Of a DNA stretch of 64,000 nucleotides, positions 36,281 to 45,480 are shown in pieces. Every line of letters starts with the position of its first letter. Within the stretch, counting starts at the first letter, position 1. The stretch is from positions 275 to 64,274 of the forward strand of contig CALLOB010000020.1 of NCBI GenBank assembly GCA_938005315.1, given 5' to 3'. Both the position numbers and the translations under genes were made by a program. This DNA comes from an uncultured Phycisphaerae bacterium. Lineage in GTDB: Bacteria > Planctomycetota > Phycisphaerae > UBA1845 > PWPN01. The notes below the pieces were generated by a model, which saw only the letters and a list, made by a program, of their open reading frames with translations, did no database searches and was not told the DNA's origin.

Positions 36281-38200
36281 TCAAGACTTCGTGCCTTGCT
36301 GCCCTTGCGCACGCTTCCACCAGGCCAGTACCAGCAGCGACCAGAGCAGGCCACAGTGGTCCCGGCGGCGGGAGAGGTGTTCGTCGAAGAGCCGCTGCGC
36401 CGCCTCGGGGCACAGACCCAGGTCTTCCAGCGTCGTGCGGCGGACGACATCCCGGTACATGTCCTTCAGCTCGTGCCGCAGGAACTCTCCGACGGGCACC
36501 TCAAAGCCCATCTTCGGCCGGACCAGCACCGGGCCGGGCAGCAGGTCGGCAAAGGCGTCACGCAGGATGCGTTTGCCCAGCACGCCGCGGATCTTGTAGT
36601 CCACCGGCAGGCCCGCCACCAGCCCGACCAGATCGCGCTGCAGCAGCGGCACCCGCACCTCGAGGCTGCAGGCCATGCTCGCGGCGTCCACCTTGTGCAG
36701 CATGTCGGCCGGCAGTCCCACAGCCAGATCGGCCAGCAGCACCGCCTCCAGCGGATCCACCGGCCCCCCGCGGCCCCATCGGCCCGGCGCGTCGCGGTAC
36801 ATCGCCCGAACCACCCGGCCGGAGTCCCGCGCGACCTGGTCCCCGAGCAGGCGCGCGGCCTCGGCGTCGGAGGTCAGCAGCGTCCAGGCCAAATGACGCT
36901 CAAGAGGATCGTCCAGGTCGCCGCGCACCAGCTTGCGGGCCTGGCGGATCCGATCCAGCAGCCGCGTGCTGCGGGCATCCGGAAGCCGCTCGAGAAAGGG
37001 CTCCAGAAAACCCTTGCGCAGCGCGGACGGCAGTCGGCGGTAGCGCCGCAGCCAGGCGTGGCCCGCGTACTTCCAGTAGCCTCCGAAAAGTTCGTCGCCC
37101 CCGTCGCCGCTGAGGGCCACCGTGACCGCCTTCCGGGTATGCCGGCTGACCAGGGCGGTTGGCAGGATGGAACTGTCCCCGAAGGGTTCCCCCAAGCGCT
37201 CGAGCATCGGTTCGACCGCCTCCAGAACATCCCCGAAGCTCAGCCGGATCTCCTGATGCTCGGTGCCCAGGTGCCGGGCGACCATACGGGCGTAGCCGGT
37301 CTCGTCATAACGGCTGTGCCCGGCATAGCCGATGCTGAATGTCCGGACCGGTCGACCGGAAGCCCGCGCCAAACAGGCGACGACCACGGAGGAATCCAGC
37401 CCGCCCGAAAGAAACGCGCCCAGCGGCACGTCGGCCACCTGCTGGCTGTGGACCGCGCGTTCCACGGCCGACCGTACGAGCTCGCAGGCCTCCGGGTATG
37501 CCGGCGGCGGGTCGACCGGCTCCGGCAGCCGGAAGAACGGCGTCGGAACCGACGGACCAGTCGCGTCGAAGGACAGCAAATGCCCGGGGGCGAGCTTGCG
37601 GACGTGACGGTAGATCGTCAGGGGGTGGGGGATCCAGCCCAGCCGCAGATAGCAGGCCAAGGCCTGCCCGTCGATGTCCCAGGGCAGGCCCGGAACCTGC
37701 CGCAGGGCGGCCAGCTCGCTGGCGAACACCAGCTTGCGGTCATGGAACGCGTAATACAGGGGCTTGATGCCCAGCGGATCCCGCGAAAGATGGCCCTGGC
37801 GGTCGTACGGGTTGACCACCGCCATCGCCCACATCCCGTCGAAAGCCGACAACGCCTGCGGACCCCAGGCCGCGCAGGCCTCCAGCGCGACTTCCGTATC
37901 GCAGGCCGTTCGGGGAGGCTGCGGCAGGCGGGCGGCAAGGGCTCGGAAGTTGTAAAGCTCTCCGTTATAGCTGATCGCCCACCGGCCGGTGCGGTCGAGC
38001 ATCGGCTGGTGACCCTGCGGTGACGGATCGATGACCGCCAGGCGAGTGTGGGCCAGGCCGGCCGAAAAGCCGTCGTCGTGATAGTGCCAGGTGCCCCGGT
38101 CATCCGGTCCGCGGTGGCGCAGCGACCGGGCCATGGCCTCCAGCAGGTCCTCGGCGATCGGTCTTCCGGCGAAATCGATGATTCCGGCAATGCCGCACAT
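36281..38200 (-). CDS. asnB: Asparagine synthase (glutamine-hydrolysing)
   Basis: ATG at 38200 gives MCGIAGIIDF (N-terminal nucleophile Cys2). The FLSGGLDSS PP-loop is present. Confidence 0.9.
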   Translation of the reverse strand: MCGIAGIIDFAGRPIAEDLLEAMARSLRHRGPDDRGTWHYHDDGFSAGLAHTRLAVIDPSPQGHQPMLDRTGRWAISYNGELYNFRALAARLPQPPRTACDTEVALEACAAWGPQALSAFDGMWAMAVVNPYDRQGHLSRDPLGIKPLYYAFHDRKLVFASELAALRQVPGLPWDIDGQALACYLRLGWIPHPLTIYRHVRKLAPGHLLSFDATGPSVPTPFFRLPEPVDPPPAYPEACELVRSAVERAVHSQQVADVPLGAFLSGGLDSSVVVACLARASGRPVRTFSIGYAGHSRYDETGYARMVARHLGTEHQEIRLSFGDVLEAVEPMLERLGEPFGDSSILPTALVSRHTRKAVTVALSGDGGDELFGGYWKYAGHAWLRRYRRLPSALRKGFLEPFLERLPDARSTRLLDRIRQARKLVRGDLDDPLERHLAWTLLTSDAEAARLLGDQVARDSGRVVRAMYRDAPGRWGRGGPVDPLEAVLLADLAVGLPADMLHKVDAASMACSLEVRVPLLQRDLVGLVAGLPVDYKIRGVLGKRILRDAFADLLPGPVLVRPKMGFEVPVGEFLRHELKDMYRDVVRRTTLEDLGLCPEAAQRLFDEHLSRRRDHCGLLWSLLVLAWWKRAQGQQGTKS

Positions 38201-38400
38201 GTCGGGCCATTGTTTCGATCGGCACACGGACTGCAAGCCGTCATCAGATGAGGAATCGCAGGCGGTGACGTGATCCCCTGGAGCCGGGTTTTCTTTGCAG
38301 GGCTTCCAGCAAGGGCTATGATACCCACCGGTGTGCGGGCGCGGCCTGGGCGCGGGCCCCGACCCGGCGGATCCCAGCGAACCTCCTTTCGGGATGGTCC

Positions 38401-40806
38401 ATGAGATCGACTCTTCACCTCCGGCGCGACCCGGGCCGCGCGCGAGCCCGGCTCGCCGCAGCGATGCTCGGCCTGGCGGCGGCGGTACCGCTGCCGGTGC
38501 GGGCCCAGGATCCGACCCCGACGACGGTGCCGGCCGGACCGGTTTCGCCGTTCGACGGCCGGCCGATCACCGAGTTGCGGGTGATCGGCCTGGAACGGAT
38601 CGACGAAGCTTACGTCCGCAACCAGATCCGCACCCGCGTGGGACAGACCTACTCGCAGACGCAGGTGCAGCGGGACATCGGCACGCTGCTGCGGACGGCG
38701 CGGTTTCTGGACGTGCGGGCCCAGCCCGCCGAGGTCCCCGGCGGCGTGGTCGTGACCTTCAGCCTGGTGGAGAAGCCGGAGGTCGAGTCGGTCTCCTTCG
38801 TCGGTAACGTCAGGTTCAAGGAAAAGAAGCTGCTGGAAGCCCTGACTTTCGCGGCCGGCGATCCGCTGGACATGTTCGAGATCCGCCAGGGCCGGGAGGC
38901 CATCGAGCGGCTCTACCGCGAGAAGGGTTACGCCTTCGCCGAGGTCACGGTCGATGAGGAGCAGGTCCGGACCGGGCGCCGGGTGGTCTACACCATCGTG
39001 GAGAACCAGCGCGTCCGGGTGCGGGGGATCCGCTTCGAGGGCGCGTATGCCTTCGACGCGACGGAGCTGGAAAACGCGATCGAGACCAAGACCTACATCT
39101 GGATCTTCCGCACCGGCGACTACGACCCCGACAAGGTCGCGCGGGACGCGGCCACGCTTCAGGCCTACTACCGCGACCGCGGCTTCCTGGACGCCGAGGT
39201 GAGCTGGGTGCCCGAGTTCCGGGACGTGGCCCGCGAGGAGCTGGACATCATCTTCCGGATCAACGAGGGCGTGCGCTACACGGTGGAGGAGATCCGGTTC
39301 GAGGGCCACGAAGTGGTCACCGAGGAGGAGCTGCTGGCGGCCATGCGGCTGAAGGTGGGCGACCCCCTGCTGGCCGCCCAGCTTAACACCGACGTCAAGA
39401 GCATCGAGACGCTCTACGGCTCGCGGGGCTACATCGAGGCCCAGGTGGCCGCGGGATGGGTCTACTCGGCCGAGCCCGAGCGGGTCATCGTGACCATCCG
39501 CATCCGCGAGGGCGAGCCGTTCAGGTTCGGCTGGATCGAGGTCAACGGGAACCTCAAGACCCAGGAGAAGTGCGTGCGGCGCGAGCTGCGCTTCTTCCCC
39601 GAGGACGTCTACGACATCACCCTGACCCGGGCGGCCGAGAAACGTCTCAAGGAGACCGGCCTGTTCACCGAGGCCCGGATCGAGCCGGTGGCGCCGCCGG
39701 ACAACGCCCCCGGCGTGCGCGACGCGATCGTGACGGTCACCGAGAACCCGCAGACCACCCAGTTCATCGCCGGCATCGGGGCCAGCAGCGACAGCGGCCT
39801 GGTCGGCAACATCGTGCTGGAGAACACCAACTTCGACATCCTCGACCGCCCCCGGACCTGGGAGGAGTTCTTCCGCGGGCGGGCCTTCCGCGGCGCCGGG
39901 CAGACCATGCGGCTGCAGCTGGAGCCGGGCACGGAGTTCACGCGCTTCCGGATCGACTTCCGCGAGCCGTATCTCAACGACCGGCCGATCGGCTTCAACA
40001 CCAGCCTGTACCTGTTCGAGCGGGGACGCGACGGCTACGACGAGCAGCGGGCGGGCTTCACCTTCAGCTTCGACCACAAATTCGAGAAGGGCTTCCTGAA
40101 GGACTGGATCGGCGAGATCGCCTTCCGCAACGAGTACGTCAACGTGGCCGACCGAGAGAGTTTCGCGGCGAAGGACATCCGCGATGCCGAGGGCGGCCAT
40201 TACCTCTCAAGCATCAAGCTCTCGCTGGCTCACGACACCACCGACAGCCGGTTCAACCCCACCGAGGGCCACCGCTTCGTGACCAGCGTCGAGCAGTTCG
40301 GGATGATGGGCGGAGATTACTTCTTCACCGAGTTCATGGCCCGCTACATCCAGCACTGGACGGTGGCCATCGACGAGCAGGACCGGCGCAGCGTCGTCTC
40401 CTGGCACGCCACGCTCGGGCAGATGTTCGGCGACACGCCGGTCTTCGAGCGCTTCTACGCCGGCGGCATCGGCTCGTTCCGCGGCTTCGACTATCGCGGC
40501 ATCAGCCCCCGCGACGGCCTGCGGCGCAACCGCATCGGCGGCGACTTCATGGTCCTGACCGGCGCCGAGTACACCTTCCCGATCTACGACAAGGTCATCC
40601 GCGGCGTGTTTTTCGCGGACATGGGCACCGTCGAGCGCGACTTCGGCATCTCCTCCTGGCGGGCGGCCGTCGGGGCCGGCATCCGCCTGACGCTGGACAT
40701 CTTCGGCACCGTGCCGATGGAGTTCGACCTGGCCCTGCCGGTGGCCAAGGACGGCGAGGACGACACCCGCATCTTCAGCTTCTTCATCGGCCTGCCGTTC
40801 CTGTGA
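38401..40806 (+). CDS. bamA: Outer membrane protein assembly factor BamA (Omp85 family)
   Basis: Signal peptide. Repeated POTRA-like segments (I..I.F.GN..F....L). C-terminal barrel ending IFSFFIGLPFL with a terminal aromatic residue. Confidence 0.9.
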   Translation: MRSTLHLRRDPGRARARLAAAMLGLAAAVPLPVRAQDPTPTTVPAGPVSPFDGRPITELRVIGLERIDEAYVRNQIRTRVGQTYSQTQVQRDIGTLLRTARFLDVRAQPAEVPGGVVVTFSLVEKPEVESVSFVGNVRFKEKKLLEALTFAAGDPLDMFEIRQGREAIERLYREKGYAFAEVTVDEEQVRTGRRVVYTIVENQRVRVRGIRFEGAYAFDATELENAIETKTYIWIFRTGDYDPDKVARDAATLQAYYRDRGFLDAEVSWVPEFRDVAREELDIIFRINEGVRYTVEEIRFEGHEVVTEEELLAAMRLKVGDPLLAAQLNTDVKSIETLYGSRGYIEAQVAAGWVYSAEPERVIVTIRIREGEPFRFGWIEVNGNLKTQEKCVRRELRFFPEDVYDITLTRAAEKRLKETGLFTEARIEPVAPPDNAPGVRDAIVTVTENPQTTQFIAGIGASSDSGLVGNIVLENTNFDILDRPRTWEEFFRGRAFRGAGQTMRLQLEPGTEFTRFRIDFREPYLNDRPIGFNTSLYLFERGRDGYDEQRAGFTFSFDHKFEKGFLKDWIGEIAFRNEYVNVADRESFAAKDIRDAEGGHYLSSIKLSLAHDTTDSRFNPTEGHRFVTSVEQFGMMGGDYFFTEFMARYIQHWTVAIDEQDRRSVVSWHATLGQMFGDTPVFERFYAGGIGSFRGFDYRGISPRDGLRRNRIGGDFMVLTGAEYTFPIYDKVIRGVFFADMGTVERDFGISSWRAAVGAGIRLTLDIFGTVPMEFDLALPVAKDGEDDTRIFSFFIGLPFL

Positions 40807-40954
40807 TCCGGGCCGCGGCGAGGAGCCCTCGCCGCGGCGGCGCGTCCGGACCTGCTCGGCCGGTTGCCGCCCGCGAAAAGAGGGCATAGCATCCACGCCG
40901 TCGGCGGCGCACCGAGGTGTGCGCGGGCTTCCGCGACCTGTGGGAGGTCGAATC

Positions 40955-41512
40955 ATGCGTCTGTTTCACTGCGTCGGCACACTGGTCATGGGGACCCTCC
41001 TCATGGGCTCCACCGGCTGCGTGGGAAGGGTGATCGGCGAGGGCGCCGAGGGGGCCCTGGGCCCCAAAGGCGCCTACTTCGAGCAGAAGCCCGCCGCCCC
41101 CGCCCGCAGCGCCAAAGTGCTCAGCGATTACGGGCGGTTCGAACTCGGCGAGGTCCGAAACGAGGTCCCGCGGCTCGTGCCCGGCGAATTCCTCCGCGAG
41201 TTCCCCCGCAAGTTCGGCAAAGAGCTCCGCGAATCCAGGCTGGCCAGGGCCGCCGGCGGCAAGACGCTGGTCTTCGACGTGACCATCATCCACTACGAGA
41301 AGGCCGACACCGAAGACAACGTTTTCGGCCCGCTGGAGCAGGTCGTCGCCCGGGTTCGGCTGCTGGACAAGGAATCCGGCGAGGTGCTGGCCGAGGGCAA
41401 CGCCATCGGCCGTACCGGCAAGACCGTCGGCCTGGGCGCGGAGACCAAGGCCGAGGGGCTGGCCAGGGCGCTGATCAAGTGGGTCGAGGACTACTGGAGC
41501 GACAAGCGCTGA
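40955..41512 (+). CDS. Lipoprotein of unknown function
   Basis: GGGAGG RBS. MRLFHCVGTLVMGTLLMGSTGC has a lipobox. Confidence 0.6.
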   Translation: MRLFHCVGTLVMGTLLMGSTGCVGRVIGEGAEGALGPKGAYFEQKPAAPARSAKVLSDYGRFELGEVRNEVPRLVPGEFLREFPRKFGKELRESRLARAAGGKTLVFDVTIIHYEKADTEDNVFGPLEQVVARVRLLDKESGEVLAEGNAIGRTGKTVGLGAETKAEGLARALIKWVEDYWSDKR

Positions 41513-41530
41513 GCGGCCGCCGACGGCCCT

Positions 41531-42658
41531 TCAGTCATGTCCGAAATGCGGCCGCCATGTCGGTGACCGACCGGGACGGAAACGGGCCCTGTTCGCCGGC
41601 CCGGCGCCGCCGTGCGAACCGCCTCCCGCCAGAAAAGCCGGCAGCTTTACCGGCACCCCGGCCAGCCGTCGGGCCATCTCCCGGCTGACCCGCTCCACCG
41701 CATCCCCGCCGCTCAGCGACAGCCACCGGCCGGCACGCAGGACGCAGGACTGCTGCGGGACGGCCGTGCGGGTGAAGGGCCAGGGCGTCCGGCCGCTCTG
41801 GACGATGTTGCAGTACGACTTGCCCGGGTGCCGCCGGAAACCCCGCCCGGCCATCTGGACGGTCGGGAGACGCGAGGCGTCGCGCACGAACACCGTCCGC
41901 AGGTCCGGGCAGTCGAAGCCCTCGTTGAGGATGGCGACGTTGGCCACTACGTCGAACTCCCCGGCGTCGAACGCGTCGAGCTGGCGCTCGCGATCGGTCG
42001 TGGCGCTGACCACCTCGCAGTGCACGCCGGCCTCGGCCAGCAGTCCGGCGAACGCCCCGCACTCCGCCAGCGTCGCGAAGAAGACCACGCTCTTGCCCCA
42101 GCGATCCGGCTCGCGCAGGTACACGGCGGCCACGGTCTGAGGCGTCCACTCCTCGATCGACCAGTGGCGATAGGGGCACAACCAGCCGTCCTGGATCAGA
42201 CGATGCAGCCCGGCGTCGCGGACCACCCGCTTGAAGGCCAGCTTGAGCCGGTCGGTGCGGTAGGGCGTGGCGGTGGTGCCCAGGATGAAACGCCCCCCGG
42301 CGGCCTCGTGGATGTGCACGCAGGAGGCGGTGGCGTCGTGCTGGGCCTCATCCACCACCGTGATGTCTGCCGGAGGAGGCGAGGAGTCGAACATGCTCAC
42401 CAGGTTCAGCCGCCGCAGCCCGAAGAAGCGGATGTTGGCCTGGTCGGCCTGCCGGAGCAGGTTCCGCCGCATGGCCACCCAGTTGCTGCGCAGCCCGTGG
42501 CGATCCTCGAAATGCCTGAGCACCCGCATGGCCATGATCGTCTTGCCGCTGCCGGTGGGGCTCTCGATCATCACCGTGCGGTCGCCGGCCTCGAAGTGGC
42601 GGATGACCTGGGCGACGACGCGGTCCTGATAATCACGCGATTCGTACTTCTGCAGCAT
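41531..42658 (-). CDS. Minimal SF2 helicase (DEAH/ResIII-type, about 375 aa)
   Basis: ATG at 42658 with GGGGAG upstream. DYQ (Q motif), SPTGSGKT (Walker A), VVDEAQH (motif II), TATP (III), QMAGRGFR (VI). Arg-rich C-terminal tail. Confidence 0.8.
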   Translation of the reverse strand: MLQKYESRDYQDRVVAQVIRHFEAGDRTVMIESPTGSGKTIMAMRVLRHFEDRHGLRSNWVAMRRNLLRQADQANIRFFGLRRLNLVSMFDSSPPPADITVVDEAQHDATASCVHIHEAAGGRFILGTTATPYRTDRLKLAFKRVVRDAGLHRLIQDGWLCPYRHWSIEEWTPQTVAAVYLREPDRWGKSVVFFATLAECGAFAGLLAEAGVHCEVVSATTDRERQLDAFDAGEFDVVANVAILNEGFDCPDLRTVFVRDASRLPTVQMAGRGFRRHPGKSYCNIVQSGRTPWPFTRTAVPQQSCVLRAGRWLSLSGGDAVERVSREMARRLAGVPVKLPAFLAGGGSHGGAGPANRARFRPGRSPTWRPHFGHD

Positions 42659-42732
42659 GGTCGGAACTCCCCGGCCCGCGAACATGTCTGGATCCCGCGA
42701 ACCTCTTCGGATTCGGCACTCGTGCATCCGAA

Positions 42733-42789
42733 CTTCTTTCTTCTCGCTTTCCCCATCTTGCTCCTCCGTTCTCGCTTCTCTTTCGCCTT
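42733..42789. repeat. 57-nt polypyrimidine (plus strand) / polypurine (minus strand) tract with internal TTCTCGCTT direct repeat
   Basis: CTTCTTTCTTCTCGCTTTCCCCATCTTGCTCCTCCGTTCTCGCTTCTCTTTCGCCTT has 51 of 57 pyrimidines by my count. This is striking against the GC-rich, mixed background. It lies between the DUF932-like gene and the helicase gene. Confidence 0.8.
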
Positions 42790-42934
42790 GGCGGCCGGCG
42801 CCGCCGGTCATGCCCGAAGAAAGCGGGCCGCCAACGCGGAGCACCGGAGCGGCCGGCCCCCGCGCCGGCCGGGGCGAAAGGGGGGCTTCGCCGACCGAAA
42901 ACACGCCCCCGGCGCGCGGTGTTCCCAGAGGCGC

Positions 42935-44017
42935 TCAATTGAAGTAGAACGGCGGCGGCTCACGGCTGTCGCCGGTCTCCAGGCTGCCCTCGAGGTCGTA
43001 CTCGTCGGCCAGCGTGCCGCCGACCCAGGCGTGCAGGCGGAGAGGCTCCGACAGCTTGTCGGCATGATGCGTGGTGATCTCGGTCGCGGCGGTGATCAGG
43101 TCATAGACCGTGCAGTCCATCGGCAGCATGCGCTGCCTGCGGGGGCTGACGGCCTGTTCTCCGGCCACACCGTATTTCAACGACAGGTCTCCGGTCAGCC
43201 GCGAAAGCCGTTTGTAGACCGGCTCGAGATCCTTCCGCCGGCGCGGTTCCGTCGCCCGGGCCAGCGCCCGGCTGAAGGTGCGGACCTCATACACGCTGGC
43301 CTCGGAGCGCCGGGCGGACTGCAGCCGCTGGCGAAGAGCCGCGCAACCCTCCTCGTTGGAGTAGCAGTCCATCGCCCGGGCCAGCGGACCGGCAGCCCCA
43401 TCCGACGCCCGGCGCCCCAGCGACACCTCGGTCCGGAACACGCGGGCGTAGCTGATCAGCCCGTTGGCGCAGACCTGGCGGATCATGGACAGGTACACGC
43501 TCGGCAGGCTCAGGCCGTCCATCGGCGTCTGGAACGTGCAGGTGTGCTGGAATACATCCTTGCCCAGCTGCCAGTCGGCCTCGTCAAGCTGATGCACGCT
43601 GGTGACCACACCGTCCTCGTACCGGGCCGACACCAGCCGGTCGCCCTGGCCCCTCAGCACGCGGCAGATGCCGGTCGGCCTGACCACCGGCCGCTGGGGA
43701 TCGGACATGCCCAGGGCGGTGTCCCCGTCGATGACCAGACGCACGCGGCTGCGCGGATGCACCTCCTGAATTCGGCCGAAGACCTCCTGCGGCGTGTAGT
43801 AGTGGAAAAAGGTGGGGCTGATCCGGAAGCACTTCCACAATGAGGCCAGGAAACGCCGGGAGATCCGAAGATCCCGTCCGTCGATCTGTGCGCCGCACAA
43901 CACCCGCCGGAGCCTGACCGCGCCGCTGCGGATCTCTCCCCACTGAGGCTTGATCGCTCCAATGGGGATTTCTATCGTCTCCAGTCGGGCCAGTCGCTTC
44001 GCCAATGCCGCCACCAT
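42935..44017 (-). CDS. Hypothetical protein, DUF932-like (phage/plasmid-associated family) by weak motif resemblance
   Basis: GGAG RBS 8 nt upstream. FQTPMDGLSLPSVYLSMIRQVCANGL resembles the DUF932 '...DGS...R(V)VCANT(L)' core as I remember it. No catalytic motif recognised. Confidence 0.55.
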   Translation of the reverse strand: MVAALAKRLARLETIEIPIGAIKPQWGEIRSGAVRLRRVLCGAQIDGRDLRISRRFLASLWKCFRISPTFFHYYTPQEVFGRIQEVHPRSRVRLVIDGDTALGMSDPQRPVVRPTGICRVLRGQGDRLVSARYEDGVVTSVHQLDEADWQLGKDVFQHTCTFQTPMDGLSLPSVYLSMIRQVCANGLISYARVFRTEVSLGRRASDGAAGPLARAMDCYSNEEGCAALRQRLQSARRSEASVYEVRTFSRALARATEPRRRKDLEPVYKRLSRLTGDLSLKYGVAGEQAVSPRRQRMLPMDCTVYDLITAATEITTHHADKLSEPLRLHAWVGGTLADEYDLEGSLETGDSREPPPFYFN

Positions 44018-44272
44018 CTCGGGACTCCTGCCTTACCGTCCTCAAGGGCCTTCCCCGGCGGCATCCGGTCGCCGGAGGCCCTCACAGGTAAGTGTGGGCT
44101 CGGGGTATGACAGGATGTGTCGCACCCTCCAAGGTTTTTCTGGAGTCTGTTAGGGGTTATCGGCCCGGGCGAATCCGATCGGGCTTGGGGGGCGGTCGGA
44201 GCCGCGATTCATGTCCGGCTCTGTTCCCTGCGGCCCAAGGCCAGCTGGAGGGCTGGTGGGTCGGATAGGATT

Positions 44273-45301
44273 TCAGGTCTGGTATAGTCGTGCGGCGGCC
44301 AGCAGCTCGTCCCGCATTTCGTCTCTAAGCGATTTCGGTGAAATAACTTCTGCGCATTCGCCGAAGCTTTTAAGCCATCCCTTGAACACACCGACTTCAG
44401 CCAGACGGAAAGTCGCCACAACGCTTTGGGGATACCCGGAGGCCGGCTCGAACAACGTCGGTTCCGGCGTGGGCCATTCGAGCTTCTGGCTCTTGTGCCA
44501 GATGCGTTCGCTGACCAGATCGACGGCCCTGCCGGTGAAGCGAACCTTGATGGCAATCGGCCGGTCCGGGGCGGTGACGATCCCGAAGCTGTCCTCGAAG
44601 TGCCGGCGGATGTCGATGTCGGGCCGCCTGAACGTCTGGCGGGTCGTTTCCAGGCTGGTGATCCGCAGTACCTTCAGGATACGGGTGGCCTTGCTGCGAT
44701 GCGAGTGCCCGAGCACGAACAAATTGCCGTCGAACAGCACCAGCCCGTAGGGGTCGAACTTCGTGACGTAGGGCCGGCGGTCCGGCTGCCAGACGGGGCG
44801 GTAGCCCAGGCTGACGGTGGCGCGGTTGCGGGCCGCCTCGATCAGGGCCCGGATGGTCGGGGCGTGCCCGGCGTGATCGGCCTGGCCGAAGCGGGGGATG
44901 TAGGTGAGCACGTCCACGTCGGCGAAGAAGTCCAGGGCCTTGCGGTGCAAGCTGCTGCGGACCTTCTCGATGGCCGACTGGATGCCCTCGGCCAGGTGCG
45001 TGCCGGCGACCGGCTCGAACATCCGGCCGGCCAGAGCCAGGGACAGTGCCTCGGTGTGGCTGAGCACCAGGGCCCCGGACCTCAGCGTATCGTGCGGCAG
45101 CTTCCACAGCCGGCGGCCGTAGTCGTCTTCGACATGGTCCAGAGGAAAGCCAACCTCGGCCAGAGCCTCGAAATCGCGCTGGATGGTCCGCTTGCTGACG
45201 CCCAGTTCTTCGGCCAGCTCGGCCAGGGTCAGGCCGTCGCCGCGCTTCTGCAGCAGGTTGAGCAGCTTCCACGCGCGCAGCAACTGATCGCCACGGGCCA
45301 T
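44273..45301 (-). CDS. HTH + WYL-domain transcriptional regulator (YafY/PafBC/BrxR-CapW class)
   Basis: N-terminal RAWKLLNLLQKRGDGLTLAELAEELGVSKRTIQRDFEAL (DeoR-type HTH). Central WYL-type SH3-like region (VTKFDPYGLVLFDGNLFVLGHSH...RILKVLRI). C-terminal WCX-like region. Confidence 0.85.
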   Translation of the reverse strand: MARGDQLLRAWKLLNLLQKRGDGLTLAELAEELGVSKRTIQRDFEALAEVGFPLDHVEDDYGRRLWKLPHDTLRSGALVLSHTEALSLALAGRMFEPVAGTHLAEGIQSAIEKVRSSLHRKALDFFADVDVLTYIPRFGQADHAGHAPTIRALIEAARNRATVSLGYRPVWQPDRRPYVTKFDPYGLVLFDGNLFVLGHSHRSKATRILKVLRITSLETTRQTFRRPDIDIRRHFEDSFGIVTAPDRPIAIKVRFTGRAVDLVSERIWHKSQKLEWPTPEPTLFEPASGYPQSVVATFRLAEVGVFKGWLKSFGECAEVISPKSLRDEMRDELLAAARLYQT

Positions 45302-45480
45302 GGTGTGTCTCCGACAAGGATTCTGGCGGGATTATATCGGCGCGGGCGCAAGTTGAAACCCGTCAGGCCCGGGAGCGGTCGAAGCCCCGCCGCACGGTCC
45401 TCCGGCGGCCCGTGCCCGGCGGGGCGGCTTGTGGTACAAGACCGTCGGCGGCCGGTTCCGACCGGCCGGGAGGATGAAAC

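Noticed and set aside
34069-40200. 707-aa (34069..36192, minus), 597-aa (36230..38023, plus) and 860-aa (37618..40200, minus) ORFs.
   Set aside because: They are shadows of glpD/mntP/thiD, asnB and bamA respectively. The annotated genes carry clear family signatures and the shadows do not.
42571-42756. 61-aa ORF (MGKARRKKFG...) with a perfect GGAGGA SD inside the polypurine tract.
   Set aside because: It overlaps the helicase start in another frame, has weak codon bias and no motifs. It is kept only as a possible uORF in the finding on the tract, not as a feature.
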